Source: an uncultured bacterium (GTDB lineage Bacteria > Desulfobacterota_D > UBA1144 > Nemesobacterales > UBA2774). Taken from it: 11,045 nt of DNA. The DNA lies in contig CAWGRW010000007.1 of NCBI GenBank assembly GCA_963825135.1, positions 1-11,045 of the forward strand, written 5' to 3'. How positions within the stretch are numbered: position 1 is the stretch's first letter; every line of letters starts with the position of its first letter. The notes below the pieces were generated by a model that saw only the letters and a program-made list of their open reading frames with translations, searched no databases and was not told the origin of the DNA. Positions 6,147 to 11,045 of this stretch are shown here, one piece after another. Position numbers and translations under genes: made by a program.

Positions 6147-9100
6147 TCACACACTTAGTCCATTCCTTACAATATCTTCCAGACATTCAAATCTAATGCC
6201 TTTTTTTCCTGGTGAAGTGTCATACAATATCGGAACGGGATTTGAAAAAATAACGTATGGAACAATATTTACTTCTCCCAAATTGAGCTTGCAGAATTTT
6301 GAAAGCTGGTCTTTGTGCATTGAGAGCACATCAATACGAAGCAAGTGCTTTTTTAGCCGATCTGGTTTTCCATCTCTATCCTCACCCCTAAATTCCATCA
6401 ATTGCTCTGCAATTTCCTTGGAAGTTTTTGCGTAATATAAATCCTTGCACTCTATTACATATATCGATTTCTCTCCATTCCTCCAGGCTATTACATCTAT
6501 ATCACCATAGTCTCTATCAAGGTTTTGTCTTGAAATAATGGAAGCTACCTTAACATCCGAATACGCCTCATAACCCAGAGATTTAATAGAACCGGCCACT
6601 TCCTTATTGAATTTGTGTCCCCGTCTGGTTCTTTCCTTCCCGATCCATTCCCTCATTTCGGGGGAACTGCAGCGGCTTTCTTCAATGTTACATTGGTTAT
6701 ACGTATCTAGGATATAAGCCAGCGATTCCCCTACAAGACCTGCAGAAAGTATGAATCTTGAGTCCTCTGCGTCGTCTACTATTACGAATGGTTTCATAAG
6801 AAGAGATAGCCTGCGGCGGAAAAGCCACGGGTTAATATCCCTCTGCGTATAAGTGGAAGGTGGCATTGCCCAATCATTGCGGGGCTGCAATGAGAAAGAA
6901 TTGAGAATCTTAGTTGCATCCTTACCGCTACAGAGCATCCCTTTTTCACAGAACGCAATAATTTCACTTTTTCGGGCTGCGAACACAGTTTTTTGTTTTT
7001 CTTCAGCCATATTTTCTATTTCTTCCCGGAATCTAAGTAACGTCTCAGCACATACCCCAGTCTCTTTTTCAAATGCGTCTAGAAATTCTTGAGAAAAAAT
7101 CTTTGATAACTGTCTTTGGAAAGGCACATCTTCAAAATATTTTTTATACCTGTCAGCTGCTGATGTGAAACTTGTTTTTTCAACTCGAGCGGAGAGGGGA
7201 ATTAAGACTTCGTCGTGAAAAGTTTGTTCTGTTTTTATTTCCCCACTAGCGGATACCACAATTCTTGGTTCTGTTACACCTTTAGCAATGGCATCCGACA
7301 TGTTTCCAATGTGAAATAAAAGGGATGCCATTGACATGAGTGGACTCAGATCAAAGCGACCCATCTCTGCTCCGCCGTCTATAGGGCTTTCGCAAACAGC
7401 TGTTTCAACAATAATCCTGCATGCGATGTCAGCTGCATAAAATCCGGAAAAATGCTCTCTGGTAACATTATAAACATCTTCTTTGTCATGATGTAACCCT
7501 AAAATGGCTTTGGCTGATCTCTTCCATTTCTCCTTCTCAGCGGCTACACCTTCAATATTTCTTAGAGCAGTTGTTATCAAAGATTCACGATTATATTCTT
7601 TAAGTTTTCTCTTGAGGTTATCCCATGAATGGTCCACTATTTTTTCTAAGAACGAACTACATTTTTCTTTCCCTTTAATTTCCTTATAACCTATTACACC
7701 TTCTAAATGACCCAATCCAATTTTTACAAAACCTGCATCAAATTTATCAATCCGCTCAAAATCACATCTGTCAAAGACTTGTATATGTTCCCTAAATCCG
7801 TGTGCTTTAAAAAAGTGTATATACCTTGCATCTTCATTAGGGATGATTTGATCACACAACTCATCGATCTGTGAATTCTCCAAAGTATGATTTACCAAAG
7901 TAAAAAAAGCTTGTACGCATGATCGAACCAACGCTCGTTCACTTATGTTTCTTGAATTATAAAGATTGTATAAAAATGGCTCTCTCACTTGAAGCTTAAT
8001 AGTATTTACATCATGGATAACCTCCACGTCAATAAGACTATCTGTTTCTCCCGGAGGATCCTCCGGTAAATATTCGTAGTGAGGAAGAGCCGAAACATCC
8101 AGTTCATAAAGTATCGGTCCAGATATCAAATTATAGAATCTTCCATCAAGAATCGATGATATTCTATTCATCCAATTGAGGAGCGCATCCCAAATTCTGA
8201 TACTAGAATCTGAATCGAGTTCGGCCTCATCCTGTTTTAGCTCTACCCACCAAGGTCTGATTTTTGTTACCGCACAACCTGATCAACCGTCCCTTGCCTG
8301 CATCCTGATAGCTCGCAAATATAGGGATATCTGCGTCTTCAGCGAAAAAGGATGTTAAAATCTTTCTGCGTACTCTTTTAAACATCCCGTCTATGTATTT
8401 TTCACTATGCATGTCGCTGGATTGCCGCGTTGTTTGACGAACCTTCACCAAACAATCCGTTGGAATTCTGATTATGCATTCGCCTTTACCAACTTCTACG
8501 TACTCTGGAACTGGATTATAATCTGTCATCTCATACCAACCATACAGATTTAATAAACCATTAATATTGGCAATCTTCACATTATATTCAGCCATTTTCC
8601 TTCTCTGTTCCAAAAGTTTCCAAAGAGATTTAGCAATAGCGTCCGGAATCCAACCAATGGTTTCAAGGTCATGCGCTGATATGAATTCAAAATTCCAATT
8701 CGAGATTTTCTCGGACATCATTAGCACCGCCGGGCGTCCATAACCTGCTGATACTATTAAAGACAAGCCATCTTTGAAATCTTCCCTAGCGTCAGTGAGT
8801 CTTTTGCTGCGAGTATGCGCCGTTCAATTTCCTCCGATTGTTCATGTGAATGAGGTGGTGGATTATCCATACCTTCTTCTAAGAGTCCATGAAGAGTGTC
8901 TATCCTTACCAAAATATGAAGATAACGTCCCTTATCAATCTGCGCTATGACATCAAAGAAATATGCTCCAGCTATTTTTTCTGGTCGTAATTGCAGACCT
9001 TGGGGGACAGGCTTTCCCAAGATGGGTGTCTCCTGCAGAAAACTTATATATTCCCTTACATAATTTCTTTCAAAGCTGTCTGCCAGCCCCATCTGTGAAG

Positions 9101-9843
9101 CCATTCAAATATGTATCTCCGGATTGCCACACTAATAGCCGTAGGAAGAACCAAAATAATCTTATTATCATCAACAAGAAGTGGAGAACGTTCGAGGTCG
9201 GTGTTACCGAATTGTTGGTTCCGAAGATTTTCCCGGTAATTTGAATCAAATACAAATGCAGTCAAATCCTCTGTGGAAAAACCCATTCTTTCAATATCTG
9301 CCCGTGAAAAAGTCAAAGTCTTTGCCAGTCGTTTTAGAGTCTCAGTGTTAGGAACATTTATATCTTCTTTGTCATGGCTTTCAGCTATTTGATAAAATGC
9401 AGCGTTATTACGGTGAGCACTTCCTCACTAATAGACAAAAGCGCATGAATGGGCTTGAACAATGAACCAGAACCCATATTTGGAGGAATTGACTGAATAG
9501 TGTCGAGTACTTTTTGAAGAAAAAAATCGTTTCCTTCCCATAGCCCGTTATAGATGCGGAAATCCCCCCATTGAGTCATCACTCCTGCCACGAAGACGTC
9601 TTCAACCGGATCATCCATGTAGGATGCAGCGCTGATTGGATTGAAATCATTCAGCCATCTTTGAATTCTTTTTGAAGAAGGTTGTAGTTTTCCGTCACTA
9701 TGACTGAGCAAATAATGTATGAGTAATTCTATCCTGAAAGTATTTGCATGAAACCGTGGTGCAAGAAGAAGCCCGGAAACCAAGCTTGCTGATTTTATTG
9801 GATTAGCTTCTCGTATTTCTCGCGGTAATTCATTCATGATCAT
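6147..9843 (-). pseudogene. large (~1230 aa) hypothetical protein with C-terminal PD-(D/E)xK nuclease-like motif, split by four frameshifts (genuine or assembly error)
   Basis: Five collinear minus-strand ORFs (9385-~9843, 9056-9316, 8757-9104, 8227-8766, 6147-8171) have overlapping open frames and join at about 9418, 9100, 8800 and 8282, e.g. SISEEV/AHRNN and GKGRL/GCAVTKIRPWW. C-terminal GDIDVIAW...VIECKDL at ~6439-6506. Start ATG at 9843 or 9837. Confidence 0.72.
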
Positions 9844-9972
9844 CGAAATTAAATTATAATTGCAAATATGGCAAGAGACTATTTCGAAACCCTCTTTTGC
9901 CAAATATATAAGTTTGAAACAAAGGTATGCCCTAGGTCGCGAAAGCTGCACTCCTGAATATCTGACTACCCT

Positions 9973-10013
9973 AGCCTGAGGCCCCGGGGGTTCGAGTCCC
10001 CCATCGCCCGCCA
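9973..10013 (+). repeat. tRNA-Arg 3'-part direct repeat (att-like site) 3, shorter and with a 2-nt insertion
   Basis: AGCCTGAGGCC[CC]GGGGGTTCGAGTCCCCCATCGCCCGCCA. Matches the tRNA from 4528 and lacks the anticodon and the 15-nt motif. Confidence 0.93.
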
Positions 10014-10040
10014 TTCTCCAGCCTCGGAATAAGTAAGAAT

Positions 10041-10112
10041 TTGAAAAAATTCCATTTTAATATTGTATAATGTGACTCTAAAATTCAATTACGAATTGCA
10101 TATGCGCAATTC
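10041..10112 (+). promoter_or_regulatory. putative promoter and palindromic operator upstream of the SDR gene
   Basis: TTGAAA (10041-10046) and TATAAT (10066-10071), with a long 19-nt spacer. Inverted repeat GAATTGC-N6-GCAATTC (10093-10112). AAGGGG RBS-like sequence at 10118-10123. Confidence 0.4.
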
Positions 10113-10132
10113 ATTTCAAGGGGTATACGACA

Positions 10133-10927
10133 ATGACTCTTCCCGTACCAGACATTTCTAAAAATCTATTCGACTTAAACGGTTTCTGCAGTATCGTTAC
10201 CGGCGCCGGTAAGGGAATAGGCTTGACTTTATCCCGGGCGCTCGCTTACAACGGGAGCGACCTTGTCCTTGTAGGCCGGAGTGCCGGTGACCTCGAGGCA
10301 GCGGCAGATTCAGTACGCGCGATAGGACGCAAAGTAAGAACCGTTGTAACCGACGTGACTGCTGAGGACGCGCCGGAGATGATCGTAAATGCAGCTATGG
10401 ATCTGAGCCGTAGAATCGACGTGCTGATCAACAATGCAGGGTTCATGACGTTCGCCGATATGCTCGAGGTCGACGATAAGACCTGGGATGATATTTACTC
10501 AGTGAACGTCCGGGCCCCGATGAGGATAATGAAGGTGGTACTGAAAGAGATGGTAAAAGCCGGGCGAGGGAGCGTAATTAATATTGGAAGCTCATGGTCG
10601 TCGCGGGCTTCGGTTTTCAACCTGGATGGCGGCGGAGTGGATTATTGCTCTTCAAAGGCGGCCCTTCAAGCTTTGACCAGGGCTGCAGCCCATGACGTGG
10701 CTCCCAAAGGAGTGCGTGTAAACAACATCGCCCCGGGAGCGGTCGACACCCCTATGCACGCAGACCACCGGGATTTGCTATACCAGTTCGTGAAACACAT
10801 CCCCCTCGGGCGTATGGGTATGGCTGAAGACCTGGCTGGAACGGCCGTGTTTCTGGCTTCCGACGCAAGCACATTCATCACCGGCCAGACGATACATGTA
10901 AACGGCGGCATGCTGATGGTGGACTGA
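10133..10927 (+). CDS. classical short-chain dehydrogenase/reductase (SDR), substrate unknown
   Basis: 264 aa with TGAGKGIG (TGxxxGxG), INNAG, catalytic YCSSK (YxxxK), VRVNNIAPG, PLGR and ITGQTIHVNGG. Confidence 0.95.
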   Translation: MTLPVPDISKNLFDLNGFCSIVTGAGKGIGLTLSRALAYNGSDLVLVGRSAGDLEAAADSVRAIGRKVRTVVTDVTAEDAPEMIVNAAMDLSRRIDVLINNAGFMTFADMLEVDDKTWDDIYSVNVRAPMRIMKVVLKEMVKAGRGSVINIGSSWSSRASVFNLDGGGVDYCSSKAALQALTRAAAHDVAPKGVRVNNIAPGAVDTPMHADHRDLLYQFVKHIPLGRMGMAEDLAGTAVFLASDASTFITGQTIHVNGGMLMVD

Positions 10928-11045
10928 GCTGCGATCAGGTTCCGAAAATAAATCTATTCTCTCTTATTGCGGCCGGAACTGAACCTGATATGCGGCTTTC
11001 AGGACCCGAACGGCCCTCTTCCAATTCCAATTGAATCTTTATGGC

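Larger units (their letters stand above)
4520..10013. mobile_element. tandem array of three integrase-less islets/cassettes at tRNA-Arg(CCG), delimited by tRNA 3'-half direct repeats
   Basis: Four direct copies of the tRNA 3' portion (4520-4566, 5170-5216, 6079-6125, 9973-10013), one cargo gene between each pair, and abrupt base-composition changes at the repeats. No recombinase ORF recognised. Confidence 0.85.

Noticed and set aside
8270..9425. Programmed ribosomal frameshifting in the large gene
   Set aside because: Four shifts in two directions with no obvious slippery heptamers at the junctions. Mutation or sequencing error is more parsimonious.
4520..10013. CRISPR array
   Set aside because: The repeats are tRNA-derived, and the intervening segments are 0.6-3.8 kb genes rather than ~30-40 nt spacers. 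No cas genes.
9844..10014. N-terminal extension of ORF 9385..10014
   Set aside because: It starts in the antisense of the tRNA fragment and crosses AT-rich intergenic DNA. ATG 9843 or 9837 is more plausible.
10934..10989. Inverted repeat ATCAGGTTC/GAACCTGAT after the SDR gene as an intrinsic terminator
   Set aside because: 38-nt loop and no adjacent U-tract; not a convincing terminator.

Overview
Bacterial chromosomal window. The left part is housekeeping: thiE (+), leuS (-), a family-4 uracil-DNA glycosylase (+), and a tRNA-Arg(CCG) gene whose first 10 nt overlap the end of the UDG ORF. Directly downstream, the 3' half of that tRNA recurs three more times as direct repeats (5170-5216, 6079-6125, 9973-10013). 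These repeats divide 4520-10013 into three tandem units of about 650, 909 and 3890 bp, each carrying one cargo gene and no recognisable integrase. The cargo genes are a VOC/PhnB-like glyoxalase-fold protein, a TIR-domain protein with a predicted leaderless promoter, and an AT-rich gene of about 1230 codons with a C-terminal PD-(D/E)xK nuclease motif, broken by four frameshifts. Units 1 and 2 end in the same 15-nt sequence that is not part of the resident tRNA. The arrangement looks like an array of minimal, tRNA-anchored single-gene cassettes, two of three with plausible defence cargo. A classical SDR oxidoreductase follows the array. All calls come from motif recognition by eye; no database search was run.
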